From the sequence record DRR723986_1799: 36,907 bases of DNA. One strand, given 5' to 3'. The notes beneath the pieces were generated by a model, which saw only the letters and a list, made by a program, of their open reading frames with translations, did no database searches and was not told the DNA's origin. Below are positions 1 through 7,842 of the stretch, one piece after another; position 1 is the stretch's first letter, and each line of letters starts with the position of its first letter. Both the position numbers and the translations under genes were made by a program.

Positions 1-59
1 CCCGCCGCAGTCAGCGAAGCATTTTGCGCCAGTCGCCTTGCGGCACAAGGCCACCACAA

Positions 60-530
60 CTATGGCGCCTTGCCCAAAGGCGTGAATGTAAAATCGATCA
101 TTGAGCGAGCCGACCCCGGCGTAGTGAAACCGTAATTCCATTGGGCTGGGGTGGCCACACTCCGAGCCCTGACCGACAGACTATGCACCATGTCGTGAAA
201 GGGCTTTCGCATGCGGGGTGTGGGCCAAAACAATCTACCCGCCAAGGCGGGTTGCTGGCTTAACAATGCTTCAATCGCGGGTACGCAATCGTTCCACACC
301 ATGGCATTGGGCCAAAGACTTACGGCCCATTGAATGCTCTCTTGCTCGGCCAACACCGAACTGAAGGCCTCACAAGGTCTGCTGTGCAATTCAATGACCT
401 CGCCATTCTCCATGCACACCGCCGCCATGCAGTAGTGCCCCTGCCCCGCACCTGAGGCATCCACCAACACATGCCGCCCGACGTTAAACACCGCCGCAGT
501 TCGATTTTCCGGGGCCACCCGAAATTCCAT
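60..530 (-). CDS. Small RNase H-fold protein (hypothetical nuclease)
   Basis: 156 aa. Motif order LVDAS (D24), SVLAEQESI (E62), VWNDC (D81), FHDMVHSLS (H116) parallels the RNase HI motifs DGS / N..AE..A / TDS / N..AD.LA. Confidence 0.55.
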   Translation of the reverse strand: MEFRVAPENRTAAVFNVGRHVLVDASGAGQGHYCMAAVCMENGEVIELHSRPCEAFSSVLAEQESIQWAVSLWPNAMVWNDCVPAIEALLSQQPALAGRLFWPTPRMRKPFHDMVHSLSVRARSVATPAQWNYGFTTPGSARSMIDFTFTPLGKAP

Positions 531-649
531 GAAGACAACCCCTTTTCAAAAAGAACAATCCGTCCGCAAAAGTGAGGGTGTTTACCCTGAGGGTGACCAC
601 CAGCAATTGTCGCTAAAATGCCCAAATTCGAGCACCACCACAATACAAC

Positions 650-889
650 ATGAACGCCTTACCCCAAGCCCAACCCGGAAAATTGTTCCAGCTTGTCTTT
701 GCACTCATCATGGGATTTCTCATGGTAGGCATTGTCACCTTCGTCACCACCGCCAGCAATTTCGGCTTTGAAGGCAATTTTCTGGCCACGTGGGGAAAAA
801 CATACCTGATCGGTTACCTGGCTGCGGTGCCCGCCATCTATTTGCTGGCGCCGATTGCACGCCGCATTACGGCCCAACTGCTGAACTAA
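650..889 (+). CDS. DUF2798-like small membrane protein
   Basis: 79 aa with two hydrophobic helices and the pattern FALIMGFLM..IVT...N.G....FL..W...Y.....P.ARRI. Confidence 0.75.
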   Translation: MNALPQAQPGKLFQLVFALIMGFLMVGIVTFVTTASNFGFEGNFLATWGKTYLIGYLAAVPAIYLLAPIARRITAQLLN

Positions 890-993
890 TGCACTGAACC
901 AGCATTCCCCCTTTCCTCCGGTTTTGACTGAGGCTAGGCTCAGCTTATTCTTGCGGTTAACAAAACCCAAGTTACAGGCCAGGAGCCCAGCAC

Positions 994-3075
994 GTGACGG
1001 AATTCAAACGCACTCAGGACATGCACCAGTATTATCGCGACGTACTGGTGAAAACCTACTTCTTTGATGAATTCGGGAAAATACCCAAAGACACACTGAT
1101 TTCGCTCATCGATACCAACGCCTGCGATCCGGTTCATTGCGCCGAGGTGCTGCACGGTGTGCAGTCAGGCCTGCCCGCAATCAAGGACCAGGCACTGCGG
1201 CAAATGATCATGCTGATTGCGCAATCGCATTTGTCGATGGACAAGCACCGCAATGGCATTCAAACCCCAATGCCCGCAGCGTACAAAAAAGGGATTCGCG
1301 ACGGGCTTGTGCGTGTGCTGCAAAAAGTCCCCAGTGTGAAATACCTGATCAACGCCATTCAGGTGCTTTATCGCATTGGTGAAATTGACGAAGCCATGGC
1401 CTTGGTTCGTAAAAATGAAAAAGTAGTCGACACTTCACCGCACCTTCAACAAATTGTGGCCATGGTTTACACGATGGAGGAGCGTTACGAAGAAGCGCTG
1501 CCCTACCTTCTAAAGCTGGTCGATTCCGGTGCCCATCAAAGCAACTCATTGATCAAGCTGATGAGTATGGCCTGCATGTACAAGCTGGGTGCACTACCCG
1601 ATGAGCCTGTCGATTTCGCAAGCCTGGCGCAAGCTGCCAATTCAAACAAACCCGAATTTCCCTACCACTGGTTGCTCAAACCCACAGAAAACCACCGCAG
1701 CAAACCCACGCTGCTGATCGCCTGTGACGACAAATATTTTTATGAACATGCACTGGCTTTGGTGTACTCGGTGCTTGAACACAACCACGCTGATTTGCTG
1801 GTTCATTTTCACTTGTACACACCCAATGCCAGCGTTGTTCAATATGTACTCGATCTGGCTGCCAAGTATCCGCAACTTGAAATTACTGCAGCGCAGGAAA
1901 CAATCGATCTGAAATCACCGACCAAGGTGGTTGAATTTGCAACCCGGCGGTTTGCAGCCAGCCAGGCGTTGCTTTCGCACTTCAATGCGCCAGTCATCTT
2001 GCTGGACGCCGATGCCCTGTGGCGCAAACCCTGGAAAGAAACCATGGGTAAATTGGCCAGCAACCATGACGTGATTGTGTGCCAGCCCAAAGCTGCACCG
2101 TTCTGGGAGCACGTGGCCGCTGGCATGGTGTACTTGAACAACACACCGGCCGCGCAGCGTTACATTGCCCAAGTGGTGGCATTCATTGAAGACAATTTGC
2201 AAAAAGGAAAATCACTCTGGTTTCTCGATCAGATTGCCCTGTCAGCCTGCCATCACGAATCGCTCAAACATCAATGGGGAATCCGCTTTGCAAGCACTGC
2301 ACCCGATCAGTTAATGGATGTGAATCACGGCGAGCACGCATTGACCTGGGTGGTCACCAACCAGAAGCATGCTGCTGGGGCCTACGCAGATTACAAACGC
2401 GAGCTGCAACAACGCCACGGTCAACTTCCTTGTTCCACACCCAGCGATGCATTTCTGGCCATCAGCCAACAGAAAAAACCAGTGCGGTTTTTGCAAGTCG
2501 GGGCCATGGATGGTGTCAGCTACGACCCGATTCACCCCTTCGTTCGCAACTTTGCCTGGCATGGTGTGTTGGTTGAACCCCTGCCCGACATGCTGGAACG
2601 CACCCGCAACAATTACAAGGGCTGCCCAGGGCTTGCCTTTGAAAACGTCGCCATCACCGAACAGGTTGAAATCAAAAAGCTGTACCGGATTTCGCCAGAA
2701 GTCATTTTGAAGCACAAGCTGCCAGACTGGCTTAAGGGGATGTCCACGTTCAGCGATATCAAGCTGAAGGATTATCAACAGCATGTGACCGTTGAAGAGG
2801 TGCAGTGCATGCCCTTAATGGCCCTGATTGAGCGCAACGCCCTGCCCAATATCGATGTGTTTCAGATCGACACCGAAGGCTACGATTACACCGTGTTCAA
2901 GCAACTGGATTTCTCGAAATTCCGCCCCACCATCATCAACCTCGAAGTCGTGAACCTGAACGCCGAAGAACTGCAGGCCCTGGAACAAGATCTCTTGGCT
3001 CAGGATTATGTGTTTTATCGCTACGAGTTCGACCTGATCGCCATGGACAAACGCTGGTTTCAAAACGCGACTTGA
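994..3075 (+). CDS. Multidomain protein: helical/TPR-like N-terminus, GT-A-like glycosyltransferase, FkbM-family methyltransferase
   Basis: 693 aa (GTG start; alternative ATG at 1021). TPR-like segment GEIDEAMAL/ERYEEALPYL, DxD motif ILLDAD plus WFLDQIAL, and FkbM motifs FLQVGAMDG, VLVEP, FQIDTEGYDY. Confidence 0.75.
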   Translation: MTEFKRTQDMHQYYRDVLVKTYFFDEFGKIPKDTLISLIDTNACDPVHCAEVLHGVQSGLPAIKDQALRQMIMLIAQSHLSMDKHRNGIQTPMPAAYKKGIRDGLVRVLQKVPSVKYLINAIQVLYRIGEIDEAMALVRKNEKVVDTSPHLQQIVAMVYTMEERYEEALPYLLKLVDSGAHQSNSLIKLMSMACMYKLGALPDEPVDFASLAQAANSNKPEFPYHWLLKPTENHRSKPTLLIACDDKYFYEHALALVYSVLEHNHADLLVHFHLYTPNASVVQYVLDLAAKYPQLEITAAQETIDLKSPTKVVEFATRRFAASQALLSHFNAPVILLDADALWRKPWKETMGKLASNHDVIVCQPKAAPFWEHVAAGMVYLNNTPAAQRYIAQVVAFIEDNLQKGKSLWFLDQIALSACHHESLKHQWGIRFASTAPDQLMDVNHGEHALTWVVTNQKHAAGAYADYKRELQQRHGQLPCSTPSDAFLAISQQKKPVRFLQVGAMDGVSYDPIHPFVRNFAWHGVLVEPLPDMLERTRNNYKGCPGLAFENVAITEQVEIKKLYRISPEVILKHKLPDWLKGMSTFSDIKLKDYQQHVTVEEVQCMPLMALIERNALPNIDVFQIDTEGYDYTVFKQLDFSKFRPTIINLEVVNLNAEELQALEQDLLAQDYVFYRYEFDLIAMDKRWFQNAT

Positions 3076-3096
3076 ATGCGAATAAAGACTCGCTTT
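3075..3096. promoter_or_regulatory. Putative TetR operator 1 (AATGCGA-N8-TCGCTTT)
   Basis: Imperfect 22-bp palindrome upstream of the MpaB-like gene; a second copy lies at 4360-4381. Confidence 0.55.
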
Positions 3097-3130
3097 AGTC
3101 TGGGGCATTCACACTGCATGTTGATGCCCC

Positions 3131-4360
3131 ATGACAACCATTGACTATCCGCAACCGGCACGCCTTCGAGCTTTCCAGCTTACGCAAACAAAGACGCCCT
3201 GGCTGATCCGAAAACTGCTGGGTCGACCATTCGCCCCAACGCCAGAGGAATACGCAACATTGCATCACGGCCTTTTTGAAGGCGACCCGGTCATGGATGA
3301 ATACATCAAGGCGCGTCTGGATGGATCCACCCACAAAGCGGATTGGCGAGAATTTCATCAAGCCCTGAGCTCAGAAAATCCACTGGCATTTTGCGGCAGT
3401 GGCGCGCTTCATCAATTGATTCAATCCACATGCATCAATCCCGACTGGGTTGATTGGAAACTCATAGAGGAAGGTGTGCACTTCATTCACAGCACCGGCC
3501 GGGCTGCCACCGATGTATTGCGCGACATGGCCCTGATGGGCGGATACCTGATGGTGGCCTTCAACAAGACATTGATACTGACGGGCGAACTTGAAAAAGG
3601 CGCAGCACCCCGACTGGCCAGCACAGCGCAATGGTGGCTGAAAGTGATCAATCCACGAGCCAATATCGCGGGTGGCGATGGCGCCTTGGCCACACTGCGC
3701 GTGCGATGGATGCACGCCCTGGTTCGACACCAGTTGATCAACAGCCCCCATTGGGATTCCAGGCAATGGGGCCTGCCCATCAATCAAGTGGACATGGCAG
3801 CGACTTACCTGGGCTTCAGTGCAGTCATGCTACTGGGCCTCCGTAAAATGGGCATTGTGATCACACCGCGAAATTCCAGGGCTGTGATGCAACTGTGGAA
3901 ACTGATTGCTTGGCAAATGGGCGTAAAAGAACAATGGCTTGTGGACACCGAGGCACAAGCACTCGTTCGCCTGCGACAGTTTTTATTCACGCACTCCCCA
4001 CCCGACGAGTCCTCCCATCGACTGGCCAGTGCACTGGCCAGCGAACCGCTCAGCCGCAACTATACGCATCTACAAGTACTGCGAAGGCGGCTCGCCTACC
4101 AAAAACACCTCAGCTCATCGTGGTACCTGTTGGGACCACGCATGTTTCACAAACTCGGGCTTCGAGCGCCCTTCGGCCCCTTGATCGCCCTGCTGGAAGT
4201 GCCGATACGTGCTGCGGTTCACACACTGGGACGTTGTATGCCAGGGTATTCAAAACGATTCACACAGCATGGTCGCAGGGCACAAGAAATTGCAGTCGCC
4301 GAACTTCAACAGCGACAAACCGAACAGGCCTTGCCCCCATTTTCCGTCAACGCGAATTGA
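3131..4360 (+). CDS. Oxygenase MpaB/Lcp-like (DUF2236) family protein
   Basis: 409 aa with PDWVDW..IEEG, RL..T..W, RVRWMHALVR (candidate heme-ligand His) and WGLPINQVDM.AT. Confidence 0.85.
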   Translation: MTTIDYPQPARLRAFQLTQTKTPWLIRKLLGRPFAPTPEEYATLHHGLFEGDPVMDEYIKARLDGSTHKADWREFHQALSSENPLAFCGSGALHQLIQSTCINPDWVDWKLIEEGVHFIHSTGRAATDVLRDMALMGGYLMVAFNKTLILTGELEKGAAPRLASTAQWWLKVINPRANIAGGDGALATLRVRWMHALVRHQLINSPHWDSRQWGLPINQVDMAATYLGFSAVMLLGLRKMGIVITPRNSRAVMQLWKLIAWQMGVKEQWLVDTEAQALVRLRQFLFTHSPPDESSHRLASALASEPLSRNYTHLQVLRRRLAYQKHLSSSWYLLGPRMFHKLGLRAPFGPLIALLEVPIRAAVHTLGRCMPGYSKRFTQHGRRAQEIAVAELQQRQTEQALPPFSVNAN

Positions 4361-4381
4361 ATGCGAACAAAAAGTCGTATT
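4360..4381. promoter_or_regulatory. Putative TetR operator 2 (AATGCGA-N8-TCGTATT)
   Basis: Same palindrome and spacing as 3075-3096, upstream of the SDR-tetR pair. Confidence 0.55.
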
Positions 4382-4419
4382 AAACTGAACGTTTGATTGA
4401 ATAATCACGAGGGGACACC

Positions 4420-5250
4420 ATGGGAAGCTGGGCAAACAAAACCGTATTCATCACTGGCGGCAGCCGTGGTATCGGCAGATCCATCATTTTGCGATTGGCT
4501 CGCGAAGGCGCCAACATCACCATCGCCGCAAAATCTGACACGCCCAATCCCAAATTGCCGGGCACCATTCATTCGGTGGCCCAAGAGGTCATTGAAGCCG
4601 GTGGCAAAGCCCTGCCTATCGCAACCGATGTGCGCGACGAAGAGCAAATTAAACGCGCCATACAGGCCACAGCACAACACTTCGGCGGCATTGATTTGCT
4701 GGTGAACAATGCCGGCTTTTTGGGAATCACGCCCCTGGGTGTCACTGAAACCAAAAAGTTCGACCTGATGCACGCACTCAACACCCGGGCCCCTTTGATC
4801 ACCATGCGAGAATGCCTGCCCTACCTGCAGGCAAGCCAGGGCAGCGTGCTGAATTTGTGCCCACCACTCAACCTCGACGAGGGCTGGCTGGGTGCGTTCA
4901 TTCCCTACACCACCACCAAGTACGCCATGACACTGCTGAGCATGGGGTTTCAGCAAGAAGTGAAAGCCAAAGGGATCGCAGTCAAAACCCTGTGGCCTGC
5001 CACATTGATCGCCACTGCCGCCGTGGGCATGTTCAGCGGCGAAGAAGGCTTGAACGTGTCGCGCAAACCTGAAGTGATGGCCGATGCTGCCTTTGAGTTA
5101 ATTACACAGCGTGATCGATTCGCTGCCAAAACAAGCTGGCTGGATGAGGAAGTGCTACGTGAAACCGGCATTTCCGACTTCACGACATACGCCAACAACC
5201 CCGCACGCGTGAATGAAATTCAAAGGGACTTCTACATCGGCAAGTTCTGA
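4420..5250 (+). CDS. SDR-family oxidoreductase, HSDL2-like
   Basis: TGGSRGIG, NNAG, YTTTK (YxxxK) and the HSDL2-type P.PKLPGTIH motif; GAGGGG RBS upstream. Confidence 0.9.
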   Translation: MGSWANKTVFITGGSRGIGRSIILRLAREGANITIAAKSDTPNPKLPGTIHSVAQEVIEAGGKALPIATDVRDEEQIKRAIQATAQHFGGIDLLVNNAGFLGITPLGVTETKKFDLMHALNTRAPLITMRECLPYLQASQGSVLNLCPPLNLDEGWLGAFIPYTTTKYAMTLLSMGFQQEVKAKGIAVKTLWPATLIATAAVGMFSGEEGLNVSRKPEVMADAAFELITQRDRFAAKTSWLDEEVLRETGISDFTTYANNPARVNEIQRDFYIGKF

Positions 5251-5256
5251 CAGACC

Positions 5257-5847
5257 ATGCGAAAAATTCCCCAGCAGCAACGCTCCAAGGAGCTGGTGGC
5301 GCGTTTGGTGGACGCCACCGCACAATCGATTCGAATCAATGGCATGGACAAGTTCACCACGCACCACGTGGCCGAGCTGGCCGGTGTCAGCGTGGGCTCA
5401 CTGTATCAATATTTTGATTCGCGTGAGGATCTGGTTGAAGCACTGCTTGAAGATGCGACATTGAATTTGCGCCAAGGCTTGAATGCCCTGGTGCTGGAGA
5501 GCACCACCGATCTTCGCCAAATGGTAGAGCGTTCCGTGCGATTCGGCATGGCCTTTCTGCGGGCAGACGATGGACTGGCGGTTGAATTGGTACGCAACTG
5601 GTACAGGCTGCCCACGCACAATGTGGTTCGCCTGCTTCAAGACACCCTGCTCGATTTCATGCGGATGTATTTGTTGAAAAACCCGTTAAGCAACAACCCG
5701 GAACGGCTTCAGATTCGAAGTTTCATTATCGCGAATGCCATTGTGTTCACCATGATCCGCGCCATCAGCGAACCCAGCCCTTTCATCACTGACGAGGAAC
5801 TGGAACTGGAGTTGGTGGAAATGGTGGTCAGCTTCCTGAATGCTTAG
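5257..5847 (+). CDS. TetR/AcrR-family transcriptional regulator
   Basis: MRKIPQQQRS N-terminus and HTH TTHHVAELAGVSVGSLYQYF; starts 6 bp after the SDR stop. Confidence 0.92.
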   Translation: MRKIPQQQRSKELVARLVDATAQSIRINGMDKFTTHHVAELAGVSVGSLYQYFDSREDLVEALLEDATLNLRQGLNALVLESTTDLRQMVERSVRFGMAFLRADDGLAVELVRNWYRLPTHNVVRLLQDTLLDFMRMYLLKNPLSNNPERLQIRSFIIANAIVFTMIRAISEPSPFITDEELELELVEMVVSFLNA

Positions 5848-6706
5848 TTTCATCGTAAATGGTGCCGCCAATTCGCAAAGCAGAGTCCGCGCGTTTTGAA
5901 TGAACCACCGGATAAAACATTTGATGCACCCAGTGTTCCTGGCCGTGAATGCGATCGTCCATCAAGCCAATGTGCTCGGGGTATTTGCGCGTAATGTGCG
6001 CTGTGCCGAAAATTACATCCCACAAAAACAGCATGTTGCCAAAGTTGCCTGTGTAGTTGCCGATGCCGTCTTTGTTGGTCAAGGCATGATGTGCCCAGTG
6101 GGTTGCGGGTGTCGAAATCGTGCGCTCCACAACCCACATCACAGGGTGCAGCGCCTTGATTTTGTAAAGCGGCTCGTCCCAGCGCCAGGCACAGTGCGCC
6201 CCCAGAATTATCGTCAGCTTCGCGGTCAGGTAAAACCCATACACCCACACCCCTATGCCCAAAAACAGCAGGGCACCTGATATCCACAAACCCGGCATCA
6301 TCAGGTAGTAAAAGAAATTGTTGCGAAAGGTCATGCGTACACTCATGTATTGCGCAGAATGGTGCGCGCGGTGCAACGGCCACAAGAAGGGCGAATGCGA
6401 CGCCCGATGCCACAGGTATTGGGTCAAATCGTCACCCAACAACAGCAGGGCAAACATGGCCCACCAAGGCCAGTCTGCCAACGCACCTTGAAACTCTGAA
6501 AACCAGGTTTGGCCTGCATTCTGTGTCGCCAAAATGGCAAGTGGCTGGGAAATGGCCACCACACTGACAAACACCAACAGGTCAAGCTTGGTGTCATTTG
6601 CAGTGGCATGCACAGTGGCCTGATAACGACGACTCGCAAATTCCATCAATGCGAAACCAGCAATCGCCAGGCCAATCAGAACATTTTGAAATTGTGCGGC
6701 ATCCAT
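5828..6706 (-). CDS. Sterol desaturase / fatty acid hydroxylase family membrane protein
   Basis: His boxes HRASH, HRAHH, HWAHH, plus GNFGN.L..WD.IFGT and several TM helices; 3' end overlaps tetR by 20 bp. Confidence 0.88.
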   Translation of the reverse strand: MDAAQFQNVLIGLAIAGFALMEFASRRYQATVHATANDTKLDLLVFVSVVAISQPLAILATQNAGQTWFSEFQGALADWPWWAMFALLLLGDDLTQYLWHRASHSPFLWPLHRAHHSAQYMSVRMTFRNNFFYYLMMPGLWISGALLFLGIGVWVYGFYLTAKLTIILGAHCAWRWDEPLYKIKALHPVMWVVERTISTPATHWAHHALTNKDGIGNYTGNFGNMLFLWDVIFGTAHITRKYPEHIGLMDDRIHGQEHWVHQMFYPVVHSKRADSALRIGGTIYDETKHSGS

Positions 6707-6787
6707 TGGGACCCCTGTAATGAACGGTACGCCTGTAATTTACCCTTGTGACACCTATTCGTCCAATGCATAATTAGTTGACTTTCA

Positions 6788-6802
6788 ATGCACTGGATGC
6801 AT
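6788..6802. promoter_or_regulatory. LysR-type T-N11-A box (ATGCA-N5-TGCAT)
   Basis: Dyad with perfect 5-bp arms between the divergent desaturase and lysR genes; CAATGCA recurs 22 bp upstream (6764-6770). Confidence 0.6.
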
Positions 6803-6810
6803 CAATTGCC

Positions 6811-7716
6811 ATGAATCTGAATCAACTGGAACACCTGCTGGCGCTGGACGAGGCAAGGCATTTTGCAAAGGCCGCCGACAAAGTCCATCTAAGCCAACCG
6901 GCATTCAGCCGAAGTATTCAAGCGCTGGAGAAACAAACAGGCCTGGTCCTGTTTGAACGCAAAGGCGGCGACATACGCCCCACCCCGGCTGGGCAATTTC
7001 TGATTGATCGCGCCCGCCAGTTGATCTTGGAGGCTCGCGCAGTTCAGCGTGACATTCTCTTGTACCGACGCGGCGAGGTGGGTGAATTGTCATTCGGTGT
7101 AGGGCCTTTTCCCAGCGCCACACTGGCTCGAAGTGTCATCGAGAAAATTCGTGTTCAGTATCCAAAGGTGGCGTTACAAACTGAAATAGCAAGCCCCGCC
7201 GAATTACTGACGATGCTGACACGAGAGGAAATTGAGTTTTTTGTCGCCGACACCGGCGACATGGTGACCGTACCCTTTCTGCACATTGAGCCATTGATGC
7301 GCCAGTACGGTCACCTCTATGCGCGATACGATCACCCTTTGGCCCACAAAGCCCACACCTTCGAAGACGCCTGGACCTATGGCATTGCCTCCGTGAAACT
7401 GCCCGATCCACTCAAAGCAGGCTTGGGGCAATTATTGCAACAAAGTAATCGAAACCTGCCACAACTGGCACTGGAATGTGACGACGTGAATTTGTTGCAT
7501 CAACTGGCCCTGAATACCGACACTGTGGTTGCATCCACAGACATCGCTGCAAAACCCTGGCTACGCCAAAAGCAGTTGGTACAACTCAACACCACTGATT
7601 TTCCGAGACTGTTCTCGAACATTTCAATTGTGAACTTGAGTAACCGGGCTTTGTCGCCCGTGGCCGATTTTGCGATTGAGCAGTTCAGGCAAACCGCCAA
7701 ACAGTCATTTGATTAG
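6811..7716 (+). CDS. LysR-family transcriptional regulator
   Basis: HTH HFAKAADKVHLSQPAFSRSIQALE...LFER. Start taken as MNLNQLEH at 6811 rather than the TTG at 6778. Confidence 0.92.
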   Translation: MNLNQLEHLLALDEARHFAKAADKVHLSQPAFSRSIQALEKQTGLVLFERKGGDIRPTPAGQFLIDRARQLILEARAVQRDILLYRRGEVGELSFGVGPFPSATLARSVIEKIRVQYPKVALQTEIASPAELLTMLTREEIEFFVADTGDMVTVPFLHIEPLMRQYGHLYARYDHPLAHKAHTFEDAWTYGIASVKLPDPLKAGLGQLLQQSNRNLPQLALECDDVNLLHQLALNTDTVVASTDIAAKPWLRQKQLVQLNTTDFPRLFSNISIVNLSNRALSPVADFAIEQFRQTAKQSFD

Positions 7717-7842
7717 TACGCATTGTCGAATCTGTTTTCGCGCTGAATTGCTGCACGGCGAAGTGAGAACCCCAGTACATGGGTGACGCAGGCCAATTTT
7801 TAGGTGATGATGCTTGGATAAATTTCATCGATCAAACTCAAC

